Of a stretch of 64,000 bases of DNA, positions 30,562 through 38,957 are shown piece after piece. How positions within the stretch are numbered: the first letter of the stretch is position 1; every line of letters begins with the position of its first letter. The DNA lies in NCBI GenBank assembly GCA_024400455.1, contig JAKSMU010000010.1, positions 9,209-73,208 on the forward strand, written 5' to 3'. The position numbers were made by a program, and so were the translations under genes. The notes beneath the pieces are model-generated. The model saw only the letters and a list, made by a program, of their open reading frames with translations. It had not been told where the DNA came from and did no database searches. Origin of the DNA: Bacteroidales bacterium. Its GTDB lineage: Bacteria; Bacteroidota; Bacteroidia; Bacteroidales; F082.

Positions 30562-30620
30562 TTTACATTTATTTGATTATCAATAAAATTATCCAATTAT
30601 TCACCCATCACCATTCCCCA

Positions 30621-32561
30621 TCACAGCAAGTGTATCTTAAATCCGATTTCAGTTCCATTTCCAACCTTGCTTTCCACTTTCATCGAAGAGCCTATCTCTT
30701 CAAGAAGACAGTTACAGACAAACAAGCCGAAACCCATACCCTTCTCGCCTGCCGTACCTGACGACGCTTCTTTCTTTGGCTCAAATATTTCCTTTATGCG
30801 TTGCTCGGAAATTCCAATTCCCTTATCACTAACCGTCAGGAAGCCATCCACAATCGCGACATGGATTTCGCCTTCTCGGAAGGAAAACTTCACCGCATTC
30901 GACAACAAGTTCTGGATCACGGTTTTCACAATATTCAGGTCATCGAACGCAATTGCATCTGGCGCAATATCGTTAAACACCTTCAACGACTTAGCCGAAA
31001 TAAAAGAACTTTGGGCATTGATGCATTGCGTCACAATACGATAAGGGCTGAAACGCACAGGGGTATTTTTGAGTTTGCCATTGCGAAGCGACACCCACTG
31101 CACAAGATTCGTAATCTGGTCATTGAGCGAATGGGCCGATTCCTTAATCAATTCACAGTTTTCCTTGACATCGGCCGCCGGCATCTTGTCGAAATTGCGG
31201 CAGATGTTGTCGAGCATCTGTTTCTGTGCTAGCACCGGCGTACGCAAGTCGTGCGCAACGATAGAGATGAGCCTGTCCTTGTTTTGGCCGCTTTGCGCCA
31301 GTTCCTCATTACGGCGTTTCCTGATATTGGCAAGCCTGAATTCCACAATGGCAAAGGCTATCGACACCACAAGGATGACCGAAAGCAGAATAATGACCAC
31401 CACTTTCCTATGGTTTTTCTCTTTCTCCAACACAATCTCATTATCGCGTTCCAAAGCATCATACTGCATCTCCATTTCGGAGAGTTTCAGTTCCATCTCA
31501 TGCGAAGCGATGCTGTCCTTATCCGACTGATACTGTTTCATACACCGATAGGCACCCTCATAATCGCCCATCTTAACCGCAAGATTGCCAACGCGTTCAA
31601 GCAAATTAGGAAGTGCCGACCTGAAGCCATTATCACGGAAAATCCTTTCCGCCTCCTTATAATGATGCATCGCATTGTCATGCTGATTCATCTTTTCCTC
31701 CACATCGCCCATGCCAACCAATGCGACAGCCATGTAATACAAATCGCCCGACTGTTCAAAATCCTCGTAAGCCGCCTTCAAAATCGGGTACGCCTCATTA
31801 TAGTGATTCTGCAAAAAAAGCACCTTGGCTTTCTGCACTTTCCGGATGTCAGCCTTGCGCACAAGGCCCAAATCCGTTTCCAAAGCGACGGCTTCGTCAA
31901 GGCAAACCAATGCAGAATCGTATTGCTGGAGACATGTCAGCACATCAGCCTCAACGCCAAGACGAACCGCAAGACGGTCACGGCGGTTTAGCTTGCGTTC
32001 AATTTCAACCGCGTTTTTCGAACAGGTCAAAGCCATATCAAAACAATCTAAGCGGGTATTCAGCACTGCAAGGGAATTCAAGGTAATGCTAAGATATTCG
32101 TCGCGATGAAGCTTTTCGTGCACCCTCATTTCTTTTTCGCAGCATGAAAGCGCATTCTCGTAATCGCCTATCAACTGATAATCCATTCCCATCAGCGAAT
32201 AAAACTCAAACTGCCAGAGTAAAGAATCCACAGGAATCAAGGGCAAAGTGGACTGTGCCAAATCAAGCGATTGGAGACATTTCCCGTTGACATACCATTC
32301 CGTTGCGACACAGAAATTCAGCACCATATCCATGTAATCCCTATCCGTTTCCTGAGTGAAAACGACAGGCGCATCCATATAGTTCTTTTGCTGGAAAATG
32401 TCAAGAAGTTCCGTAGCCAAACCGAATCTTTCATGACGTTGCGCCTCGCGGTAATTCCAATACAGCGAATCGATGTCCTGAGCCTTGACGACAGAAAATG
32501 GCAGACCAAGCAACAGAACGGCCACAACTCTTTTTAAATGTCTTTTTACAACCGGATTCAT
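30621..32561 (-). CDS. Sensor histidine kinase with an N-terminal signal/anchor, a long TPR-like extracytoplasmic region, one TM segment, HisKA and HATPase_c
   Basis: H-box ISIVAHDLRTPV, N-box LLSNAVKFS, G1 VSDKGIGI, G2 GMGFGLFV. TM segment VVVIILLSVILVVSIAFAIVEF. The N-terminal 380 aa have TPR-like A/Y/L periodicity. Confidence 0.88.
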   Translation of the reverse strand: MNPVVKRHLKRVVAVLLLGLPFSVVKAQDIDSLYWNYREAQRHERFGLATELLDIFQQKNYMDAPVVFTQETDRDYMDMVLNFCVATEWYVNGKCLQSLDLAQSTLPLIPVDSLLWQFEFYSLMGMDYQLIGDYENALSCCEKEMRVHEKLHRDEYLSITLNSLAVLNTRLDCFDMALTCSKNAVEIERKLNRRDRLAVRLGVEADVLTCLQQYDSALVCLDEAVALETDLGLVRKADIRKVQKAKVLFLQNHYNEAYPILKAAYEDFEQSGDLYYMAVALVGMGDVEEKMNQHDNAMHHYKEAERIFRDNGFRSALPNLLERVGNLAVKMGDYEGAYRCMKQYQSDKDSIASHEMELKLSEMEMQYDALERDNEIVLEKEKNHRKVVVIILLSVILVVSIAFAIVEFRLANIRKRRNEELAQSGQNKDRLISIVAHDLRTPVLAQKQMLDNICRNFDKMPAADVKENCELIKESAHSLNDQITNLVQWVSLRNGKLKNTPVRFSPYRIVTQCINAQSSFISAKSLKVFNDIAPDAIAFDDLNIVKTVIQNLLSNAVKFSFREGEIHVAIVDGFLTVSDKGIGISEQRIKEIFEPKKEASSGTAGEKGMGFGLFVCNCLLEEIGSSMKVESKVGNGTEIGFKIHLL

Positions 32562-34513
32562 TTTTCAATCAATATTTTACAAGTCCAATCCTTATTTCCA
32601 GCAATCACACGAACAACATAAAGCCCTGATTGTTCAAAACCGATTTCAACCGAATCGGAATCACAGTCCTTTTCAAGTATTTTCCTTCCCACGACATCAA
32701 ACGCCTCCACCTTCTCCATGCCTACGCAATGCAAACAGACCTTATCTCTTGCCGGATTCGGATAAACGGATACCATCTCCGCATTATCTTCTACTTCATC
32801 ATAATAGACGAAATGAGCCGTGTAAGTCTTGTCGCCCGTCACATTGAAACTGATTTCAGGTTCCAAACTTACAATCTCACCCGATAAAGACCAATATGTA
32901 AATGAATAGTCTTCAGCTGGTTCAGCCGTCAAAGTACAGACATCGCCATAATAGAACCAGCCGCCGCCATCCACCGTTCCACCCGTTTCGGGGTCGACCA
33001 CGGCAACGATTTCGTAAGGCACCAGGAAGAAATGAGCCGTCAAGTCATGGTCTTCATTGACAGTGAAACTATATGAAGGTGAATTACTTACCGTTACTCC
33101 GTTTTCAGTCCACTTATCAAAACCATAGCCTGGTGCCGAATGCGCTACAAGCTGGCACTGCGTGCCGGCTATATAATTGCCCGCTCCCGTAATGCTTCCG
33201 CCATTGATTGGTTCGGGCGTTGCCGTCACCACATAACAATCTTGGGCAAAAGTCGCCACAAAATGATGGTTGCCATCGACGGCAAAAGTAAAATTCTGAT
33301 TTGTGCTCACCACTTCCCCGTTTTCCTTCCAATTGATGAAATAATAGGTAGGATTGGTCAAAGCCCGAACCGTAACCATATCGCCAAAATAGAATATGCC
33401 GCCACCTTCGACTATGCCGCCCGTTTCAGGCTCAGCCGACAACGTAATTTCGTATGGAACACGGAAAAAACAAGCTTTCAAATCATGGTTTTCGTTGACA
33501 ACAAAACTATAAAAAGACGTTGTACTGACCGTTTCGCCATTTTCCATCCACCTCTCAAAGACATAGCCTGGCTTGGGGAAGGCTTCAAGCTGACATAACG
33601 AACCAACGACATAATTGCCCGCACCCGTAATGTCACCGCCATCCATCGGTTCGGGCGTCACCGTCACCACATAACATTCCTGCTCGAAAACTGCCACCAA
33701 ATGACGGTCACCGCCCACAGTGAAAGTGTAATCCTGAGTGGTGCTCAACACTTCATCGTTTTCCTTCCAACCCGTAAACGAATAGGTAGGATTAGCCGTT
33801 GCGTGAACCGTAACCGTTTCGCCATACGAATAGGTTCCGTCACCTTCAACCGAACCACCTTCAATTGGGTCGACCTCAAGACTGATTTCAAATTCATCAA
33901 GTTGGAAGACAGCTGTCAGTTCCCGGTCACCTTCAACCGTAAAACTGTAAACGCTATCTGCAAAGACGGTCACATCATTCTCTTTCCATGAATCGAAGAC
34001 ATAACCATGATTACTGTTTGCCGTCAAAGTGCATGTCTCGCCCTGCATATAAATGCCTGCGCCAACCACAGTCCCTCCTTCGACGGGCTGGGCTTCAGCC
34101 CCAATGTCACAGGTACTGCCCGTGAACGAAAAGACGTATGGTTCGGAGAGACTTCCAATAATATTATTTGCCACAAACTGTATCGTTGCCGGCGGCGTAA
34201 GGTCGAGCTCCCTTTGCGAGGCATGATCGTATAGACGGAAGTCAAACGTATGTCCGTATTGTCCGTAAAGCGTCAGAAAGACCATGTAACGGTCGAGACC
34301 AACATAATAGGCCAGCATCTCACTGCCACGGCATTCATCGCCACAGAAAGCCCCAATTTCGAGTTGCGTCGATGTTTGCTCAATGCCATTGATTTCAATC
34401 ACGCCAATCACGTTCATGTTGTCGGCAAACTGATACGGGTCAGGTTCCCAATGGTTAGCCCGCATCATTTGAGCGGCTAACGCGAATAGTATAGTCAATA
34501 ATGCTCTTTTCAT
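32558..34513 (-). CDS. T9SS-secreted protein with six InlB-B-repeat (Listeria-Bacteroides repeat)-like domains and a type-A CTD
   Basis: Signal peptide MKRALLTILFALAAQMMRA. Six repeats of about 75 aa follow the pattern GG.V.G.G.Y..G....L.A....GY.F..W.EN...VS....Y.F.V...H.L.A.F. The C-terminus VSVYPNPARDKVCLHCVG...SGLYVVRVIAGNKDWTCKILIEK matches the T9SS CTD pattern. Its stop overlaps the kinase start (ATGA at 32558-32561). Confidence 0.85.
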   Translation of the reverse strand: MKRALLTILFALAAQMMRANHWEPDPYQFADNMNVIGVIEINGIEQTSTQLEIGAFCGDECRGSEMLAYYVGLDRYMVFLTLYGQYGHTFDFRLYDHASQRELDLTPPATIQFVANNIIGSLSEPYVFSFTGSTCDIGAEAQPVEGGTVVGAGIYMQGETCTLTANSNHGYVFDSWKENDVTVFADSVYSFTVEGDRELTAVFQLDEFEISLEVDPIEGGSVEGDGTYSYGETVTVHATANPTYSFTGWKENDEVLSTTQDYTFTVGGDRHLVAVFEQECYVVTVTPEPMDGGDITGAGNYVVGSLCQLEAFPKPGYVFERWMENGETVSTTSFYSFVVNENHDLKACFFRVPYEITLSAEPETGGIVEGGGIFYFGDMVTVRALTNPTYYFINWKENGEVVSTNQNFTFAVDGNHHFVATFAQDCYVVTATPEPINGGSITGAGNYIAGTQCQLVAHSAPGYGFDKWTENGVTVSNSPSYSFTVNEDHDLTAHFFLVPYEIVAVVDPETGGTVDGGGWFYYGDVCTLTAEPAEDYSFTYWSLSGEIVSLEPEISFNVTGDKTYTAHFVYYDEVEDNAEMVSVYPNPARDKVCLHCVGMEKVEAFDVVGRKILEKDCDSDSVEIGFEQSGLYVVRVIAGNKDWTCKILIEK

Positions 34514-34532
34514 ATTTTCATTTGTTCGGGCG

Positions 34533-34540
34533 CAAAAATA
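34533..34540 (-). promoter_or_regulatory. Candidate -7 box (TATTTTTG) for the repeat-protein / two-component operon
   Basis: The plus strand reads CAAAAATA, 20 nt upstream of the ATG at 34513. It overlaps the T-tract of the arcC terminator. Confidence 0.35.
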
Positions 34541-34569
34541 AAAAAAAGAGGCACTGCTTTCGCAATGCC
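34533..34569 (-). terminator. Rho-independent terminator after arcC
   Basis: The minus strand reads GGCATTGC-GAAA-GCAGTGCC (8-bp stem with one mismatch) followed by TCTTTTTTTTATTTTT. It lies 26 nt after the arcC stop. Confidence 0.6.
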
Positions 34570-34594
34570 CCCTGCAAATACCATGAAAAATTTA

Positions 34595-35533
34595 TTATTT
34601 TACGATTCTAGTTCCGCATGATGGATCGCCAAGACGGGTAGCCTCGGTGATAATTGCCTCATGCCCCGTAGCCTCAACAAAGAGGATGGCTGCACGCACT
34701 TTCGGAGCCATACTGCCTTCGGTGAAATGACCTTCTGCAAGATACTGCTTGGCCTGGGCCACCGTGATGGTATCCAAAGCTTGTTCGTTTTCCTTGCGGA
34801 AATTGATGTAGACCTTCGGCACATCGGTTAAGATATAGAATTCATCAGCATGAATGTTGATGGCTGTCATGGCTGATGCCAAATCCTTATCGATGACGGC
34901 TTCCACACCACAGAGGCAGCCGTTTTTCTCAACGACGGGGACGCCACCACCACCAACGGTAATGACGATGTTGCCTTCGTCAGCCAAACGTTTCACAATG
35001 TCGACGTTCTGAATACGAATCGGTTTTGGAGATGCGACGACTTTTCGCCAGCCTCTGCCCTTCGGGTCTTCTTTGTAAACTGCACCCGTTTCTTCAGCAA
35101 AACGGTCAGCCTGCTCCTTCGTATAATAAGGACCGACTGGCTTGGTTGGATTCAGGAACATCGGGTCGTTTTTGTCAACCTCAACTTGGGTCACCAATGT
35201 TACCACATTTCTCTTCATGCCTTCCTTGGCAAACACCTTGTCAAGGCCCATTTCAATCATGAAGCCAATTAAGCCTTGGGTTTCTGCAACACAGAAATCA
35301 ATGGGCATTCCCGGAACGCCAAATTCATGACTACCAGCCTCATGCTGCAACATGACATTGCCAACTTGAGGCCCATTGCCATGACCGATGACCAGATTAT
35401 AATCTCCTTTCAGAAATGGAAGCAGCGACTGGCAAGTCTCTGTCACATTCTGCATTTGTTCCTTGTAAGTACCTTTTTGACCGCCTCTCAAAAGAGCGTT
35501 TCCGCCGAAAGCGATAACAGCCAATTTCTTCAT
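34595..35533 (-). CDS. arcC: Carbamate kinase
   Basis: AFGGNAL, GHGNGPQVGN, GRGWRKVVASPKP, GGGGVPVV, VEAVIDKD and GSMAPKV. These are collinear with characterised carbamate kinases. 312 aa. Confidence 0.93.
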   Translation of the reverse strand: MKKLAVIAFGGNALLRGGQKGTYKEQMQNVTETCQSLLPFLKGDYNLVIGHGNGPQVGNVMLQHEAGSHEFGVPGMPIDFCVAETQGLIGFMIEMGLDKVFAKEGMKRNVVTLVTQVEVDKNDPMFLNPTKPVGPYYTKEQADRFAEETGAVYKEDPKGRGWRKVVASPKPIRIQNVDIVKRLADEGNIVITVGGGGVPVVEKNGCLCGVEAVIDKDLASAMTAINIHADEFYILTDVPKVYINFRKENEQALDTITVAQAKQYLAEGHFTEGSMAPKVRAAILFVEATGHEAIITEATRLGDPSCGTRIVK

Positions 35534-35585
35534 AAATATCTAATTTATAATATTTTAATTAGTTTTACCCTTAAAAAAAGAAATG

Positions 35586-35593
35586 CAAAGATA
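35586..35593 (-). promoter_or_regulatory. Candidate -7 box (TATCTTTG) for arcC
   Basis: The plus strand reads CAAAGATA, 53 nt upstream of the ATG at 35533. Confidence 0.3.
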
Positions 35594-35635
35594 AGAATTA
35601 TTTAAATACCAATGCAATTTATGGGAGAATAATAA

Positions 35636-35670
35636 AATGAAAAAGCGTGCTGTAAATCCGCAGCACGCTT
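35636..35670 (-). terminator. Rho-independent terminator after the 117-aa lipoprotein gene
   Basis: Perfect 10-bp stem AAGCGTGCTG / CAGCACGCTT (35643-35670) with an 8-nt loop. On the minus strand it is followed by TTTTCATTTTATT. Confidence 0.7.
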
Positions 35671-35692
35671 CATTTTTCATTTAATGATTACT

Positions 35693-36046
35693 TTATCTCT
35701 TCTCGTAGGAGATTTCGTAGCCGCCTTGTTCAAGAACGAGGTGTTCATCATTCACTTCAACGATATTCAGCGTATCGTTCACGGCATGAGGATTGGTACC
35801 CATGTATTCGCCACAAAGGATCAGCTGATTGTCTATGACTTCCCAAGTCTTGTATTCGGAATAGCCCATATTGATGCCGATGACACCGCCGTCTTCGAGA
35901 AGCGTGAAACCCTGTTCGTCAACGAAACTCGATTCATCCTTGGGCTGCACCCATGTGCCAATCACATTGGGACCCTTATCTTTACATCCTGTGAAAAGCA
36001 GTCCTGCGAAACAGCAGACCGCAATCAAAACTAAATGTTTCTTCAT
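35693..36046 (-). CDS. Small lipoprotein of unknown function (117 aa)
   Basis: MKKHLVLIAVCCFAGLLFTGCKDKG has a lipobox (LFTG-C). A CAAAAGTA box (TAnnTTTG on the minus strand) sits at 36072-36079. Confidence 0.7.
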   Translation of the reverse strand: MKKHLVLIAVCCFAGLLFTGCKDKGPNVIGTWVQPKDESSFVDEQGFTLLEDGGVIGINMGYSEYKTWEVIDNQLILCGEYMGTNPHAVNDTLNIVEVNDEHLVLEQGGYEISYEKR

Positions 36047-36083
36047 TTTCTATTTCTTTTGATTTAGGCCGCAAAAGTAAGAA

Positions 36084-38849
36084 TTATTTTCTTTTCAAAA
36101 TTCTTTTCAGCAATCTTTCTGTTTCTCCCACCCAAAGGATAAGCGAAGAACACAGTACGATACGCAGCCAGTCGCCGGTTTGCAGCGGCACCACATTGAA
36201 CATTTCGCCACCGAAAGTGACAATCAGAATCTGACCCACAAATATTATCAGCAAGGTGACCAGGAAGCCTTTTGGCATTGCTTTGGAGAAAAAGCCGTGA
36301 AAAGCCGAGTCTTTGGCACGGAAAGCCTTGGCATTGAAGATGTTCCAAAACTGCATAAAGACAAAAATCGTGAAGAATAGCGACAATTCGTAAGGCGAAA
36401 GTCCCGCGTTGACATGATGGAAATTGAAGAAATTGGAGCAATAGTCAGCCATGCTGAACTGGCTAAGCGAAGTAATGTCGCAGTGCTTGAAATACTGCAC
36501 GAAACCGAAAAGCACGGCAACGAAAAACAGGCCCACGCCAAAGATGCGGCGCACCATTGGCCTTGAAATGATATAATCATTGCGCGAACGGGGTTTTTCC
36601 TTCATCACATCTTCCTCGGGCGGAAGCGAAGCCAAGGCCAAGGCCGCAAAGGTATCCATAATCAGGTTGACCCACAGCATCTGCGTCACCGTCAAAGGCG
36701 ATTCGGTGCCCAACAAGGCGCCAATCAGTACAATCAGGCATGCCGCCACATTGATGGTCATTTGGAAAAGGATAAAACGCTGAATGTTGATGTACAGGGA
36801 ACGGCCCCAAGTCACAGCACGGGCAATGCTTTTGAAAGAATTGTCCAAAATCGTGATGTCGCTGGCTTCTTTTGCCACTGAAGTGCCGTCGCCCATCGAG
36901 AGGCCGATTTGGGCAGCATTCAGTGCCGGCGCATCGTTGGTGCCGTCGCCCGTAACCGCCACTACCTGACCTTTTTGCTGCAAGAGTTTCACCAGTCTTT
37001 CCTTATCCATCGGACGAGCGCGCGACATGATTTTGATGTCATCCACCCTATCCAGCAATTCTTCGTCGCTCATAAGGCCAAAGTCCTTTCCCGAAATGTG
37101 ATTGGTTTCTTCGGTGTCGTTTTCGGTCCACAAGCCAATCTGCCTGCCGATTTCCTTGGCCGTGGCCGGGGTGTCGCCCGTCACTATCTTAATGGCTATT
37201 CCGGCGCTGGCGCATTCGTTGATGGATTCAGCCACATCGTCGCGAATCGGGTCGAAAATGGCAGCAACACCCAGAAGAACCAAGTCGTCGACATTCAGTT
37301 TTTCACCGTCAAATACATAATCCGTTTCTTCATCCGTAATGTATTTAAAAGCAAATCCCAAAGTGCGCATAGCTTGGTTTTGGAAATCTAAGAGCTGTTT
37401 CTCAATAGTTTGCCTATGGGTTTCAATCGGTTGGGCATCATCAGAGCATAAAACCGTTCCGCAGTGTTTCATCACGATTTCGGGCGCACCTTTTACATAA
37501 AGGATGTTTTGGCCAGCCACATCAGTCTTAACCACCGTGGCCATGAATTTATATTTCGTTGAGAACGGCTGCTGCCTGACAATCTGCGCATTATCGCGGA
37601 TTTCGATGTAGTCGACGTTATTTTTGAAGAGCCAGAGCAGCAATGCCGCTTCGGTAGGATTGCCAACAGCCTTAGCTTTTTTTCCGTCCGAGAAATCCAG
37701 GAAAGCCGTTGAATTGAGCGCGATGCCATCCTTAATCAGACGCGAGGTCTCAGAGTCATCCAACGCATTGTCTTTCAAGCCGTAGATGAGAAAATCGCCC
37801 ACATTCATCTGGTTTTTCGTCAAAGTGCCGGTTTTGTCGGTACAGATGACCGTGGCGGCGCCCATGGTTTCGCAAGCATGCATCTTGCGCACCAGATTGT
37901 TGGTTTCCAACATGCGTTTCATGCTCAAGGCAAGGCTCAGCGTGACGCTCATCGGCAAGCCTTCGGGCACGGCAACCACAATCACCGTGACGGCTATCAT
38001 CAAGGTATTCAAAGTGAAACGCGCGAAATCCATCCAATCGAATACAGGGTTATCGCCAAAGGCAAAATACTCCACCATACGAAAGGCGATAATCAGCCCT
38101 GCAATGACATAGCTTGCCTTGGTAATCAAGTCGCCCAACCTGTCGAGCTGTTCATTCAAAGGCGTCTTCACCTTGTTATCGATTTGCGCGCCACGATAAA
38201 CCCTTCCCCATTCCGTGGCATCACCCACCTTTTCGACGACAAACATGCCATGTCCTTCAATAACCGTACATCCACGGCAGACATAGTTGGAAGGATAGGT
38301 CGCATCTTCCTTAAATTCAGCGCGATTCGTAGTCTTTCTTGCCACAGGTTCACCCGTCAGGTCCGACTCGTTCACTTGCAAGGAGATGGCTTCCATCAAA
38401 GTGCCGTCGGCAGGAATTTCGTCGCCAGTCTCAATGATGACCGTATCGCCGACAACCACATTTTTGCGTTCAATCTGACAAATCATGCCGTTTCGGATAA
38501 CCGTCACCTTACGGTCATCCTTGGCCAGATTCAGCAAATCGAATTTCTTGTTGGCACTCACTTCAAATGCAAAACCGACACATGTAGCCAACATCACGGC
38601 CAAAAGAATACCCAATGGCTCCAACAAAACCGTCCAGCTTTCCGTTCCCGAAAACAACTGATACAACGACACGACAGCCGACAAGCACAATGCTATCAGC
38701 AAGATACGAATTATCGGATCTTGGAATTTTTCCAAAAACTGCCGCCAAAGCGGTTCTTTTTCAGGTTCCGTCAGCACATTGTTGCCATACTTGCGTCGGC
38801 TCTCCTCCACCTGCTCCTGCCGCAAACCATTCTTATAATTTTTACTCAT
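36084..38849 (-). CDS. Calcium-translocating P-type ATPase (P2 type)
   Basis: ICTDKTGTLT phosphorylation motif, PEGLP in TM4 (VAVPEGLPMSVTL), TGDGTNDAPAL hinge and TGES-like TGEPV. 921 aa. Confidence 0.9.
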   Translation of the reverse strand: MSKNYKNGLRQEQVEESRRKYGNNVLTEPEKEPLWRQFLEKFQDPIIRILLIALCLSAVVSLYQLFSGTESWTVLLEPLGILLAVMLATCVGFAFEVSANKKFDLLNLAKDDRKVTVIRNGMICQIERKNVVVGDTVIIETGDEIPADGTLMEAISLQVNESDLTGEPVARKTTNRAEFKEDATYPSNYVCRGCTVIEGHGMFVVEKVGDATEWGRVYRGAQIDNKVKTPLNEQLDRLGDLITKASYVIAGLIIAFRMVEYFAFGDNPVFDWMDFARFTLNTLMIAVTVIVVAVPEGLPMSVTLSLALSMKRMLETNNLVRKMHACETMGAATVICTDKTGTLTKNQMNVGDFLIYGLKDNALDDSETSRLIKDGIALNSTAFLDFSDGKKAKAVGNPTEAALLLWLFKNNVDYIEIRDNAQIVRQQPFSTKYKFMATVVKTDVAGQNILYVKGAPEIVMKHCGTVLCSDDAQPIETHRQTIEKQLLDFQNQAMRTLGFAFKYITDEETDYVFDGEKLNVDDLVLLGVAAIFDPIRDDVAESINECASAGIAIKIVTGDTPATAKEIGRQIGLWTENDTEETNHISGKDFGLMSDEELLDRVDDIKIMSRARPMDKERLVKLLQQKGQVVAVTGDGTNDAPALNAAQIGLSMGDGTSVAKEASDITILDNSFKSIARAVTWGRSLYINIQRFILFQMTINVAACLIVLIGALLGTESPLTVTQMLWVNLIMDTFAALALASLPPEEDVMKEKPRSRNDYIISRPMVRRIFGVGLFFVAVLFGFVQYFKHCDITSLSQFSMADYCSNFFNFHHVNAGLSPYELSLFFTIFVFMQFWNIFNAKAFRAKDSAFHGFFSKAMPKGFLVTLLIIFVGQILIVTFGGEMFNVVPLQTGDWLRIVLCSSLILWVGETERLLKRILKRK

Positions 38850-38886
38850 TACGATTCAATTTTTCTTTCGTTTTCAATAAAAAATA

Positions 38887-38902
38887 TAATTTTGCAAAAA
38901 TA
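38887..38902. promoter_or_regulatory. Back-to-back divergent -7 boxes: TAATTTTG on the plus strand for the 38958 gene, and CAAAAATA on the plus strand (TATTTTTG on the minus strand) for the ATPase
   Basis: TAATTTTGCAAAAATA is read directly. The two TAnnTTTG matches abut each other on opposite strands within the 108-nt divergent intergenic region. Confidence 0.4.
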
Positions 38903-38957
38903 TAACACTTTTATAACAACCGAGGAGGTTGCAAGGTTGCAACCCAAAATTGAAAAG

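Noticed and set aside
1-34513. Whether the giant gene is part of a diversity-generating retroelement or a polymorphic toxin locus.
   Set aside because: The window contains no reverse transcriptase, no template/variable repeat pair, and no recognisable toxin or immunity modules.
34595-35533. arcC stands alone, without arcA or arcB neighbours.
   Set aside because: An orphan carbamate kinase is not unusual, and the partner genes may lie elsewhere. This is not informative from this window alone.
37878-38957. The N-terminal 360 codons of the 817-aa plus-strand ORF.
   Set aside because: This part is antisense to the well-supported P-type ATPase gene. The credible gene begins at the ATG at 38958, downstream of a TAnnTTTG box.
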